Source of the DNA: Nymphaea colorata
Taxonomy: Eukaryota
Assembly (NCBI RefSeq): GCF_008831285.2
Contig: NC_045138.2
Location: 17,298,001-17,362,000, forward strand
Length of the DNA: 64,000 nucleotides
Reading direction: 5' to 3'
The notes below the pieces were generated by a model. That model was not told the DNA's origin. It saw nothing but the letters and a program-made list of their open reading frames with translations, and did not search any database. Position 1 is the stretch's first letter, and each line of letters starts with the position of its first letter. Positions 39,523 to 53,498 of the stretch are shown piece by piece. The translations under genes and the position numbers were made by a program.

Positions 39523-40314
39523 ATGGCTCTTAGCTGCCAAGCAGTCTTTCTGGTGTGGGTGGCGGCCATGGCTGCCGGGCTGGCTGTGGCTCAGGCAACC
39601 ACAGTCCGAGCCACCTACCACTACTACCGCCCTGTCCGTAAAAACTGGGACCTCACTGCTGCAGGAGCATATTGCGCCACTTATGATGCCGGGAAGCCGC
39701 TAGCCTGGCGCCAGAGGTTCAAATGGACTGCCTTCTGCGGTCCAGACGGGCCTGGATTCCCCGGTGCCTGTGGAAAATGTTTACAGGTGAGGGTAAAGTA
39801 ATCCTTAGAGTATACATATTAAATGGCATTAGATTCAGCCCCTTTGAAACATTTCATGCCTAAAAGATAGGAATATATGAAGCATTTTCTTTTTATGAGG
39901 ATGCCCATATCTAACTAAGCAGATCTCTGCCAGTTTAAGCCAAGACAAGCACCATGGTAATTGAAATATTATTGACCTCCTTTACTTCAAGGGGTGTGGC
40001 TCAACAGGTTCGGCCGGCGGCTCATCGGCAGCCAGTCACTGGTTCAAATCTTAGGTCATGGGCATGCAACAAATTAAGTTTCTTATCAATGGATGTGTAC
40101 CAAAATTAGCACGATGACCTAAGTTGAAGAAGGTTTTTTGATTCAGGTGACGAACCAAGCAACAGGATCGCAGCTGAAGGTGAGGATAGTGGACCAGTGC
40201 GCTAATGGAGGACTGGACTTGGACTGGTCTGCATTCAAGCAATTGGACACCAATGGCAACGGCTATCAACAAGGGCATCTCATGGTAGACTACCAATTTG
40301 TAAGCTGTGCTTGA
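39523..40314 (+). CDS. PR4: PR-4 copy B3; exons 39523-39786, 40147-40314
   Basis: Coding sequence identical to B1, offset 5483 bp from B2. Confidence 0.94.
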
Positions 40315-43300
40315 GTGACTAAATGGGCAGGAGGAGAAGGCAGCCCTAGCTGCTCACTAGCAGCAATATGTATCAATAAAGATGCCTTCTTCATAAAACA
40401 AAAACTCTCTCTCTCTCTTTCTCATGGTCGTATGATTGCCTCGGATCTTATATCTAAGGTTGAATTTTAATCCATGTGAGGTGAAATTCACATTTTAAGC
40501 AAGCAACAGATTTAACAACTGTGGTATAAAATAATTACCTTATGTGGTAGCTTTAGATCTCATATGGGTCCCGCAAAATTCAGATCGGACAATATCAAAC
40601 TTATCCTAAATGTCTTTTATGGGGCACGTGGTGAATTTTCAACCAATTTTTTTTTTTTTCGCGGGGGGTGGCTCAAAAAACATATTTTAAAAAAATTTAT
40701 ATAGGTAAACTAAAATTTTAAAATTTTATATATAAAATACGAATTCTAGAAAAACTGATATACCAAGTAGCCCTCTTCCCAAATATTAGACTTATGTATA
40801 TGGTTAGCTCAAACATGTGATATTTGTTTACATTTAATAGGAAGAGCCATTCCAGAAAATGAATTTGTGCGACAATGGAAGACTTTGCCAGTCGATGATT
40901 CACTACAACAATATGGTCAAACAAGATTCATCAAGGCATTATCAAAGGCAATCTGTGTGTGTGTGTGTGTGTGTGTGCACGCACGCGTGCGTGCGTTAAC
41001 AAGCCAAGTCAATGTAGTGTATAGTCTGAAGATGACTCCACACCATTTCAGTATTATTGGTGAGACAAATTTTGCTAAATTATTTTCCATAATGCATGGA
41101 ACCGCTAAAATCACAATTGAAGCTTGCCCAACATAATGGGCCATTAATTCGAACAATGAACTTGTTTGAAATTGAAAGAATAGGAAAGACATGTTTTTGT
41201 TCCAAAAACAAACCAAAAAAAAAAGTTGATATGATTATGCTCAATTTTGTATTCATGGATTCAGAAGCAACATCTATAATGACGTCATGTTTTCTAAAAG
41301 AATAACATATTATATATCTAAAAGATAAAATGTTCTTCTTATCAAACACTCTCTTTTAAGGTTGTTCAAAATTTCAAATAACCACAAGTTATATCTATTG
41401 TATATCCTACCATGTCTAAAAATAGTAAAAATGGGCAGTGACATGAAACCATTCTAAAAACCTATGGGCACATTGGCCATTAAGCAAGCGGTACAACCTA
41501 CGTACATTAGCTCCCCAGTGAGACATATTTTCTTCATTATAATATAAATATATATTTATATATGTATTTTATTTTATTTATTGTGTGTGTATCTAAAGAA
41601 AAAAGTCCTCGAGTTGTCAATTTCCTTCCCTCGACCGAAGTCGTTGCTGTATCATTCTTAACTGGAAAGTTAAGGGGCATTATAGGAACTAACTTCAGTT
41701 CTCCACGGCGGCCCGCTGCCTGACGAGGGCCAGTGGAATCTGCCTTCATCATCTTGTCATAAATTATCAAAAGGGACATCTTGGCCCGATCTGGGCCTCC
41801 AAAAGTCATTGTGTAAGTGCTTTTTTTTTTTTTTCATATGAGTGATGTTAAATTTATGATTACATTTATTATTGATATTATTAGAAAACAATGGTCATAA
41901 ATATTTTTAAATTTTGTGTGTGCGTGTGTGTGTAGGGCGGAGCAAGGGCCGTTGGCCTTCCTTAAAAAAAATTAAAAATTACGTATAAATTTTAAGATAA
42001 ATTATTTATCTTACATAAAAAATTTATATTTTGGTTTCTATTAAAATTTTGAAACTAAAATTTCTAACCTAACTCCTACTTAAGCTGAAGAAGGCTCCAT
42101 ACCATCTTGGTTTTAATAGTGAGACAAATTTTGCCAAGTTCTTTTTCCACAGCGCATGAAACCGCTAAAATCTCTACTATAGCTTTCCCAACATAAGGGG
42201 TCATTAATTTGAACAATGAACTTGTTTGTTATTGAAAGAAAGGGATTGCATTAAGCTTGATAAGTTCGAGGGTTGATCATTTTTAGAATTCGTCCGCAGC
42301 TTGTCTCAGTCTCATTGCTGTCTGTGCACCCTTTAGCAGATCAACAGCTATCCCTCGATTGATTTTAGATGTTGTTTGATAAACATACAATATAGTTTCA
42401 TTAGTATGAAAACTGGCTCAAGCATGCCAATTGGCAATTAACCAATGTAATTGATAATACTAAAAAAAAAAAGCAATTTCCTCAATATGGAAACTGCCTT
42501 CAATGATAGACTATTTATTTTGTTTTCTTTAAAGTTTTTACACAACACCATGACTTGATAAAGTGTTAATGGTCAATTTCTTTTTGAGTGTGAGCAGCTT
42601 CACATGCTCAATCAACAGCGATCACTTCCTCTCTCCTTTTAAGAGTAATACTTCTGTTCCACTCTCACAAATAAAGCTAAGACATCTGAAACGTTGAAAT
42701 TTTATTTAGTTGCATGAATAACTAGTCTCATTTTTAAAATATAACATGGATGAAGATCTTCAGTAAAATTCAGAAAGGTGTTAAATCCAAAACATTGCCA
42801 CCTACATTTATGTACTAGAGATGAATATGGCTGAGAGTAGCTTTTTTGGATCTTGATCAAGTCTTTCGGAAATAGATGAGTGAGAATAGCAGGCTATGTC
42901 AACTAAATGTGTGGTACCACGGGTGCAAGTGCCGGTGCGAATGCCGGAACGGCACATCTCAAAAATTTAAGTGCAGCAGTGCAGTGAAGATATTTTATTT
43001 TTAAAAAAAAAATTATTATATATATAACAGAATAAGCATTTATATATTATTATTACAATTTAGTTATTAATGTATATAACATACTAAAATAATTATATTG
43101 CATAGAAAAATATCAAAACAACATATATTATATAAGTAATTGGTAATATGACATTTTAACTGGCCTCGGGTGTGAGTCGAAGCCGCACCCATGTCCGGTG
43201 TGCACCCGACTCGATGCGACTCGGGTGCGGCAGTAAAATAAAAAAGTCCGAGTGACTTAGATAGCAGGCTACGAATGCTAGAGGAAATTGGCAACATGTG

Positions 43301-45001
43301 AGAACCAGCACACCCTATGTTTCAAATGCAAGTGCATGTGAAATGTAAAAGTGGTCAAGTATGAAACCTATTTCAAGACCCAGTAGAGTCATACAGCACA
43401 GTATTATCACCGAATTACCTTAGGGCTCCTATCAACCGCATCTCCCTGTGCTGCGGTATCATCGATCAACTTCAACACGTTAGTCAAAAATAATTCGTAC
43501 AATACCTTATTTAGCAACATACAAATTACGTTTGCAAAAACAAGTTATTGCACATCAAAACTCATAGACGATTATTATAGCTGGCATTCTGAGGTAAGTA
43601 TCTATATACATCTAAAAATGCAGCAGAAGCTTGTACAAGTTCTTTTTGTTGCTTCCATGGTTAATCCACCAACCCATACTTCGCGGACTATCGGCACATT
43701 AATCATCAGAATCGTCACTTTCACTTCTAACAGGATCATCATCAGCCCCTCTTGTACCAGTATTCTCTGGCTTCTCAGGTGGTGCATGTCTGTTTTTAGC
43801 GCCAACGTCATTGGCATCTTCATGCTCCGTAGCTTCAGTGCGTGAACTGCGATTTGTCAAGGTCTAACAAGAAATTTAAATGAAGTAACCTACTAGGAGA
43901 AAGTCCAAAGAACCAACAATACAGAAACCAAGACGAATCTGAATCCCAGGAAGAACACATTTTTTTATATTGACATAGCCTCCTGATTCTGAGGCACACA
44001 ATCACAGAACCAGTGGAGATGCTCAAAAAGGGAAAAAAATACTGTATAGATCGTATCACAGAAAAAAAAAAAAGATGACATGAAAAAGGATATCTACATT
44101 CTCTGTGGTACCACGATATGTGAGAATGTTGACAATATCTCTCTCTCTCAAGAATAAATTGTTGTTCTTATCAAACACTCTTTTAAGGCTGCAACAGCTG
44201 GTAGAAGTCTAGTTTGAAGATTTTGTTAGTTTCCAAAGTACCAAAGCTGATTCTAATCTGCCAATACTTATTTGCTGTCCTGGACTTGATTATTTTGCAA
44301 TCTTAATCAGGCATCGTAGATGTGACATACTTTCTCATTAGAGATCAAAGTTTGAGACCTTTTCTCTACACTAAGAATTCTCTTTTATTGTTAAACCCCA
44401 ATAAAATTTCATCATAGCATGACTACCCCAAACTACTGAATGATGTTTTTTGGGTTTTTAATTGTTTGACTGGCCGATGTTCGATTAGTAAATCATGAGA
44501 GGGTTTATGCCATGGCTTTGGGTGGGGGGTTAGTAGGCAGCTGATCTCCATTTCAAATGTCAATGGCATCAACTACTTATACTGCAAAAGGAAGGTCACC
44601 GACGCCAAAGTTGAAGCGTACCAGGGACATAAAGGATTAAGTGGGAGCTTCAGCTCTTTGACAATGGGTGTGTGACGCATCTCCCCTCCAATTTAGCACT
44701 TTCACTTCATATGGAATGCCACCAATCAATAAAGTTCTGTGTAGACTGTAGACCATACTTTAATATTTACATCAAGGTTTTACCCCATTAGATGCACTTT
44801 GTCATCCTTCAAATAACCACAGTCTATATTTACTGTATAGCTTACCATGGCTCCAAATAGTAAAAATGAGCAGTGACATGAAATCATTCTAAGAATATCT
44901 AAGGGCATATTGGCCATGAAGCAAAAGTTGCAACCTATAAATGGACGTTGCCCCTGCATTGCTTTGATATCGTAAGAACTTCGGTGCAGTGAAGGTCTCC
45001 T

Positions 45002-45793
45002 ATGGCTCTTAGCTGCCAAGCAGTCTTTCTGGTGTGGGTGGCGGCCATGGCTGCCGGGCTGGCTGTGGCTCAGGCAACCACAGTCCGAGCCACCTACCAC
45101 TACTACCGCCCTGTCCGTAAAAACTGGGACCTCACTGCTGCAGGAGCATATTGCGCCACTTATGATGCCGGGAAGCCGCTAGCCTGGCGCCAGAGGTTCA
45201 AATGGACTGCCTTCTGCGGTCCAGACGGGCCTGGATTCCCCGGTGCCTGTGGAAAATGTTTACAGGTGAGGGTAAAGTAATCCTTAGAGTATACATATTA
45301 AATGGCATTAGATTCAGCCCCTTTGAAACATTTCATGCCTAAAAGATAGGAATATATGAAGCATTTTCTTTTTATGAGGATGCCCATATCTAACTAAGCA
45401 GATCTCTGCCAGTTTAAGCCAAGACAAGCACCATGGTAATTGAAATATTATTGACCTCCTTTACTTCAAGGGGTGTGGCTCAACAGGTTCGGCCGGCGGC
45501 TCATCGGCAGCCAGTCACTGGTTCAAATCTTAGGTCATGGGCATGCAACAAATTAAGTTTCTTATCAATGGATGTGTACCAAAATTAGCACGATGACCTA
45601 AGTTGAAGAAGGTTTTTTGATTCAGGTGACGAACCAAGCAACAGGATCGCAGCTGAAGGTGAGGATAGTGGACCAGTGCGCTAATGGAGGACTGGACTTG
45701 GACTGGTCTGCATTCAAGCAATTGGACACCAATGGCAACGGCTATCAACAAGGGCATCTCATGGTAGACTACCAATTTGTAAGCTGTGCTTGA
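45002..45793 (+). CDS. PR4: PR-4 copy B4; exons 45002-45265, 45626-45793
   Basis: Coding sequence identical to B1, offset 5479 bp from B3. Confidence 0.94.
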
Positions 45794-48700
45794 GTGACTA
45801 AATGGGCAGGAGGAGAAGGCAGCCCTAGCTGCTCACTAGCAGCAATATGTATCAATAAAGATGCCTTCTTCATAAAACAAAAACTCTCTCTCTCTCTTTC
45901 TCATGGTCGTATGATTGCCTCGGATCTTATATCTAAGGTTGAATTTTAATCCATGTGAGGTGAAATTCACATTTTAAGCAAGCAACAGATTTAACAACTG
46001 TGGTATAAAATAATTACCTTATGTGGTAGCTTTAGATCTCATATGGGTCCCGCAAAATTCAGATCGGACAATATCAAACTTATCCTAAATGTCTTTTATG
46101 GGGCACGTGGTGAATTTTCAACCAATTTTTTTTTTTTCGCGGGGGGTGGCTCAAAAAACATATTTTAAAAAAATTTTATATAGGTAAACTAAAATTTTAA
46201 AATTTATATATAAAAATACGAATTCTAGAAAAACTGATATACCAAGTAGCCCTCTTCCCAAATATTAGACTTATGTATATGGTTAGCTCAAACATGTGAT
46301 ATTTGTTTACATTTAATAGGAAGAGCCATTCCAGAAAATGAATTTGTGCGACAATGGAAGACTTTGCCAGTCGATGATTCACTACAACAATATGGTCAAA
46401 CAAGATTCATCAAGGCATTATCAAAGGCAATCTGTGTGTGTGTGTGTGTGTGTGTGCACGCACGCGTGCGTGCGTTAACAAGCCAAGTCAATGTAGTGTA
46501 TAGTCTGAAGATGACTCCACACCATTTCAGTATTATTGGTGAGACAAATTTTGCTAAATTATTTTCCATAATGCATGGAACCGCTAAAATCACAATTGAA
46601 GCTTGCCCAACATAATGGGCCATTAATTCGAACAATGAACTTGTTTGAAATTGAAAGAATAGGAAAGACATGTTTTTGTTCCAAAAACAAACCAAAAAAA
46701 AAGTTGATATGATTATGCTCAATTTTGTATTCATGGATTCAGAAGCAACATCTATAATGACGTCATGTTTTCTAAAAGAATAACATATTATATATCTAAA
46801 AGATAAAATGTTCTTCTTATCAAACACTCTCTTTTAAGGTTGTTCAAAATTTCAAATAACCACAAGTTATATCTATTGTATATCCTACCATGTCTAAAAA
46901 TAGTAAAAATGGGCAGTGACATGAAACCATTCTAAAAAACCTATGGGCACATTGGCCATTAAGCAAGCGGTACAACCTACGTACATTAGCTCCCCAGTGA
47001 GACATATTTTCTTCATTATAATATAAATATATATTTATATATGTATTTTATTTTATTTATTGTGTGTGTATCTAAAGAAAAAAGTCCTCGAGTTGTCAAT
47101 TTCCTTCCCTCGACCGAAGTCGTTGCTGTATCATTCTTAACTGGAAAGTTAAGGGGCATTATAGGAACTAACTTCAGTTCTCCACGGCGGCCCGCTGCCT
47201 GACGAGGGCCAGTGGAATCTGCCTTCATCATCTTGTCATAAATTATCAAAAAGGGACATCTTGGCCCGATCTGGGCCTCCAAAAGTCATTGTGTAAGTGC
47301 TTTTTTTTTTTTTTCATATGAGTGATGTTAAATTTATGATTACATTTATTATTGATATTATTAGAAAACAATGGTCATAAATATTTTTAAATTTTGTGTG
47401 TGCGTGTGTGTGTAGGGCGGAGCAAGGGCCGTTGGCCTTCCTTAAAAAAAATTAAAAATTACGTATAAATTTTAAGATAAATTATTTATCTTACATAAAA
47501 AATTTATATTTTGGTTTCTATTAAAATTTTGAAACTAAAATTTCTAACCTAACTCCTACTTAAGCTGAAGAAGGCTCCATACCATCTTGGTTTTAATAGT
47601 GAGACAAATTTTGCCAAGTTCTTTTTCCACAGCGCATGAAACCGCTAAAATCTCTACTATAGCTTTCCCAACATAAGGGGTCATTAATTTGAACAATGAA
47701 CTTGTTTGTTATTGAAAGAAAGGGATTGCATTAAGCTTGATAAGTTCGAGGGTTGATCATTTTTAGAATTCGTCCGCAGCTTGTCTCAGTCTCATTGCTG
47801 TCTGTGCACCCTTTAGCAGATCAACAGCTATCCCTCGATTGATTTTAGATGTTGTTTGATAAACATACAATATAGTTTCATTAGTATGAAAACTGGCTCA
47901 AGCATGCCAATTGGCAATTAACCAATGTAATTGATAATACTAAAAAAAAAAAGCAATTTCCTCAATATGGAAACTGCCTTCAATGATAGACTATTTATTT
48001 TGTTTTCTTTAAAGTTTTTACACAACACCATGACTTGATAAAGTGTTAATGGTCAATTTTCTTTTTGAGTGTGAGCAGCTTCACATGCTCAATCAACAGC
48101 GATCACTTCCTCTCTCCTTTTAAGAGTAATACTTCTGTTCCACTCTCACAAATAAAGCTAAGACATCTGAAACGTTGAAATTTTATTTAGTTGCATGAAT
48201 AACTAGTCTCATTTTTAAAATATAACATGGATGAAGATCTTCAGTAAAATTCAGAAAGGTGTTAAATCCAAAACATTGCCACCTACATTTATGTACTAGA
48301 GATGAATATGGCTGAGAGTAGCTTTTTTGGATCTTGATCAAGTCTTTCGGAAATAGATGAGTGAGAATAGCAGGCTATGTCAACTAAATGTGTGGTACCA
48401 CGGGTGCAAGTGCCGGTGCGAATGCCGGAACGGCACATCTCAAAAAATTTAAGTGCAGCAGTGCAGTGAAGATATTTTATTTTTAAAAAAAAAATTATTA
48501 TATATATAACAGAATAAGCATTTATATATTATTATTACAATTTAGTTATTAATGTATATAACATACTAAAATAATTATATTGCATAGAAAAATATCAAAA
48601 CAACATATATTATATAAGTAATTGGTAATATGACATTTTAACTGGCCTCGGGTGTGAGTCGAAGCCGCACCCATGTCCGGTGTGCACCCGACTCGATGCG

Positions 48701-50483
48701 ACTCGGGTGCGGCAGTAAAATAAAAAAGTCCGAGTGACTTAGATAGCAGGCTACGAATGCTAGAGGAAATTGGCAACATGTGAGAACCAGCACACCCTAT
48801 GTTTCAAATGCAAGTGCATGTGAAATGTAAAAGTGGTCAAGTATGAAACCTATTTCAAGACCCAGTAGAGTCATACAGCACAGTATTATCACCGAATTAC
48901 CTTAGGGCTCCTATCAACCGCATCTCCCTGTGCTGCGGTATCATCGATCAACTTCAACACGTTAGTCAAAAATAATTCGTACAATACCTTATTTAGCAAC
49001 ATACAAATTACGTTTGCAAAAACAAGTTATTGCACATCAAAACTCATAGACGATTATTATAGCTGGCATTCTGAGGTAAGTATCTATATACATCTAAAAA
49101 TGCAGCAGAAGCTTGTACAAGTTCTTTTTGTTGCTTCCATGGTTAATCCACCAACCCATACTTCGCGGACTATCGGCACATTAATCATCAGAATCGTCAC
49201 TTTCACTTCTAACAGGATCATCATCAGCCCCTCTTGTACCAGTATTCTCTGGCTTCTCAGGTGGTGCATGTCTGTTTTTAGCGCCAACGTCATTGGCATC
49301 TTCATGCTCCGTAGCTTCAGTGCGTGAACTGCGATTTGTCAAGGTCTAACAAGAAATTTAAATGAAGTAACCTACTAGGAGAAAGTCCAAAGAACCAACA
49401 ATACAGAAACCAAGACGAATCTGAATCCCAGGAAGAACACATTTTTTTATATTGACATAGCCTCCTGATTCTGAGGCACACAATCACAGAACCAGTGGAG
49501 ATGCTCAAAAAGGGAAAAAAATACTGTATAGATCGTATCACAGAAAAAAAAAAAAGATGACATGAAAAAGGATATCTACATTCTCTGTGGTACCACGATA
49601 TGTGAGAATGTTGACAATATCTCTCTCTCTCAAGAATAAATTGTTGTTCTTATCAAACACTCTTTTAAGGCTGCAACAGCTGGTAGAAGTCTAGTTTGAA
49701 GATTTTGTTAGTTTCCAAAGTACCAAAGCTGATTCTAATCTGCCAATACTTATTTGCTGTCCTGGACTTGATTATTTTGCAATCTTAATCAGGCATCGTA
49801 GATGTGACATACTTTCTCATTAGAGATCAAAGTTTGAGACCTTTTCTCTACACTAAGAATTCTCTTTTATTGTTAAACCCCAATAAAATTTCATCATAGC
49901 ATGACTACCCCAAACTACTGAATGATGTTTTTTGGGTTTTTAATTGTTTGACTGGCCGATGTTCGATTAGTAAATCATGAGAGGGTTTATGCCATGGCTT
50001 TGGGTGGGGGGTTAGTAGGCAGCTGATCTCCATTTCAAATGTCAATGGCATCAACTACTTATACTGCAAAAGGAAGGTCACCGACGCCAAAGTTGAAGCG
50101 TACCAGGGACATAAAGGATTAAGTGGGAGCTTCAGCTCTTTGACAATGGGTGTGTGACGCATCTCCCCTCCAATTTAGCACTTTCACTTCATATGGAATG
50201 CCACCAATCAATAAAGTTCTGTGTAGACTGTAGACCATACTTTAATATTTACATCAAGGTTTTACCCCATTAGATGCACTTTGTCATCCTTCAAATAACC
50301 ACAGTCTATATTTACTGTATAGCTTACCATGGCTCCAAATAGTAAAAATGAGCAGTGACATGAAATCATTCTAAGAATATCTAAGGGCATATTGGCCATG
50401 AAGCAAAAGTTGCAACCTATAAATGGACGTTGCCCCTGCATTGCTTTGATATCGTAAGAACTTCGGTGCAGTGAAGGTCTCCT

Positions 50484-51353
50484 ATGGCTCTTAGCTGCCA
50501 AGCAGTCTTTCTGGTGTGGGTGGCGGCCATGGCTGCCGGGCTGGCTGTGGCTCAGGCAACCACAGTCCGAGCCACCTACCACTACTACCGCCCTGTCCGT
50601 AAAAACTGGGACCTCACTGCTGCAGGAGCATATTGCGCCACTTATGATGCCGGGAAGCCGCTAGCCTGGCGCCAGAGGTTCAAATGGACTGCCTTCTGCG
50701 GTCCAGACGGGCCTGGATTCCCCGGTGCCTGTGGAAAATGTTTACAGGTGAGGGTAAAGTAATCCTTAGAGTATACATATTAAATGGCATTAGATTCAGC
50801 CCCTTTGAAACATTTCATGCCTAAAAGATAGGAATATATGAAGCATTTTCTTTTTATGAGGATGCCCATATCTAATTAAGCAGATCTCTGCCAGTTTAAC
50901 CAAGACAAGCACCATGGTAATTGAAATATTATTGACCTCCTTTACTTTAAGGGGTGTGGCTCAACTGGTTTGGCCAGCGGCTCATCGGCAGCCAGTCACT
51001 AGTTCATATCTCAGAGGCACCCGCTCCTTTCAACAGTACATGCAGGCCAAGACCTAAGGCCTAAGGTCCGAGAAATGACCATGGGACATTTATGTCATGG
51101 GCATGCAACAAATTAAGTTTCTTATCAATGGATGTGTACCAAAATTAGCACGATGACCTAAGTTGAAGAAGGTTTTTTGATTCAGGTGACGAACCAAGCA
51201 ACAGGATCGCAGCTGAAGGTGAGGATAGTGGACCAGTGCGCTAATGGAGGACTGGACTTGGACTGGTCTGCATTCAAGCAATTGGACACCTATGGCAACG
51301 GCCATCAACAAGGGCATCTCATGGTAGACTACCAATTTGTAAGCTGTGCTTGA
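50484..51353 (+). CDS. PR4: PR-4 copy B5 (divergent 3' part); exons 50484-50747, 51186-51353
   Basis: Exon 1 identical to B1; intron 438 bp versus 360 bp; exon 2 has [12 protein letters not shown] instead of [12 protein letters not shown]. Confidence 0.94.
50951..51128 (+). mobile_element. Putative tRNA-derived SINE in the B5 intron; 78-bp-deleted versions in B1-B4 introns (e.g. 29024-29122)
   Basis: tRNA-like head GGGGTGTGGCTCAACTGG (A box), B box GGTTCAAATC (clearest in B1, 29074-29083), 3' end TTTCTTATCAA. No TSD identified. Confidence 0.65.
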
Positions 51354-52557
51354 GAGACTAAATGGTCAGGAGAAGGCAGCCCTAGCTGCTTACTAGCAGC
51401 AATATGTATCAATAAAGATGCCTTCTTTTCATAAAACAAAACTCTCTCTCTCTCTCTCTCGCCTTCCTTTTGTTTGCAATTAAGGTCAAACCGATATGGA
51501 TGGGGAACAGATAACAGCGCGGTTCAATCACAATACGTGAGTCTACATCCACTATCAGAAACACCTCTTTCTCACTCTGTTTCTTTTCACCAACATTTAT
51601 TCCACACCATTACAGACACACACACACACACACAGATTCCTCTCTTATTTATGCTCAGTACCTATTTTGAATACGCAAGCTTTTACACGTAGTTGATTTT
51701 GTGGATGTAGATTGATGTGGTGTTGGAATTATGATTTCAGAATTGGAATTATGAATGTAGAATTTTAGAATTTTTTTATCTCTCTCTAGGGCATATGTTA
51801 TGAATGTTTTAATTCATGAGTTCCAGAATTTTAATTCATGTTTATCATACACGTCATTCTCAATTTTGAAATCAAAATTAGAGACTATCAAACGCACAGG
51901 GAAAATAAAACTAGAATTGCCATTCCAATTTCAATTTGAGGTATAATTTTGTTTCTAGAATTAAATTTTGTGTCTAGAATCGAAATTCAAGGTAGTCAAA
52001 CACCACTTAATGCAAAACGAGGTGAACTAAGGGCTTTTGACACTAAATCAGCAATCTGCTCAGTGGTAGAAATATAACGAACTTGAAACTGATTTTGCTA
52101 AATATAGTGACACAAAAACTGAACGTCAATATCTAGATGCTTTGTGCACAAGTGGTTGAGAGGATTAACAGATAAATTAATAGGCAGTGAAAACATTTCT
52201 GCACCAAAGAATAGGTTATGTTTGCGAGGTCACCTTAAGTTCTTTCAGTAGATAAGTAAGCCAGAAGACTTCAGCAGTAGCATTGGGAAGAGAACGATAC
52301 TCTGCTTCTATACTATAGTATAGAATGGCGCTGCAGAGTATCGTTTTTATCCAGCGCTTGGTGAGTATCACCTATTTTAGGGTGTCCTTGGAATAGCGTG
52401 TTACAGATACCAAACGCCCTCTAAGCGAACAACACCAATATCATGTTGAGGAGTTTCACCTTTGATAGTCAACTAGCTTAGTAATGTTGCTAATTACATT
52501 TTCTTTTGTTAGCAATCAGTTGGTGTTACGTATTTTCGTATTGCGGTGATCACTTGC

Positions 52558-52745
52558 CCTGGTTGGTACCTGCATGGCGAGCTCCACGGGGGTGTGTGTG
52601 TGTGTGTGTGTGTGGAAAAGAAGATGAAAAGGCAAATACAATGTGTGCCTGGTTGGTACCTGCATGGCGAGCTCCACTGGTCATGTCCGTGGAGCATAAG
52701 CAATGGAAAAGAAGATTAAAGGGCAAATTTGTGTGTGTGTGTGTA
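52558..52745. repeat. Imperfect 90-bp-period direct repeat with (GT)n tracts
   Basis: CCTGGTTGGTACCTGCATGGCGAGCTCCAC at 52558 and 52648; GGAAAAGAAGAT.AAA.GGCAAAT also recurs at +90. Confidence 0.88.
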
Positions 52746-53059
52746 TATAAAAAAATGGGACGAATTTGACAACTTCATAGGAAAGCTTTTAATGTCATAA
52801 ATGCTTAGTTATCTGATTAATCAACACATCGTCATAGTTTATTCGCAGTCGTAGAGTTTTAGTAACTTTTATTAAGGCATCTTTTGTACTTGTTTCATAG
52901 AATTTAGTAGCAGGAGATTTGTCTACTGGCTCACGTGTGGATCTAAGACCTCCAAGCTGTTGAAGGGCCCTTGCCCAACAACAAATGAGTGGAATTCTAG
53001 TGAACCTTTTTATTATATGCGTGCAAAATTCCCGTTTCATGGTTTCATACTTGTCGCCA

Positions 53060-53214
53060 AGGAACTTGGCAACAGCAGACCAGACAAAGGAGCGGATAGT
53101 GAGCTCGCGGAGGGCTGGACCTGGACCGGGCTGTATTCCAGCAGCTGCATGCCAGTGGCTGGCGCTAGCAACAGGGCTGCGTGATGATTACACCATCAAT
53201 TTGTCAGCTGCTAG
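53060..53214 (+). pseudogene. Decayed PR-4 exon 2
   Basis: RNLATADQTKERIV / (frameshift) GGLDLDRAVFQQLHASGWR*QQG.. / QFVSC*; contains an internal stop and indels. Confidence 0.88.
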
Positions 53215-53498
53215 ATAGTGATGGGGAGCAAATTTTTCTGCAGTGGAATATGGGAAGGTGCGAGGCGGCCATCACCTGCCTACACAACGCAAATGCACCA
53301 GCCTGCCTGGTTAAAAATCATATTTATGAATAAAGTTCCCTTCTTGGTGAAGCCAAATAAAGGTCAGGTTAGATGACAAACACGTGCTTACATCAAGGTA
53401 ATGAGTCTAAACAATCTGGTCTGCAATAAGGAGAAAAACAAACAAGGTCTGTGCTTATTGATAGCATAAGATGGAATATCCAGAGAGTTACAGACACA

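Larger units (their letters stand above)
28328..50875. repeat. Tandem segmental array: 4 full ~5.48-kb units plus a partial fifth, each carrying a B-type PR-4 gene
   Basis: ATG spacings are 5484, 5483, 5479 and 5482 bp and the ORF track recurs with that period. Differences seen are homopolymer-length changes, plus one T/C at 28378 in the first copy. Confidence 0.98.

Noticed and set aside
52558..52677. Two identical 30-bp repeats separated by a spacer, CRISPR-like
   Set aside because: Only two copies, the spacers are related and contain SSRs, the context is eukaryotic and no cas genes are present.
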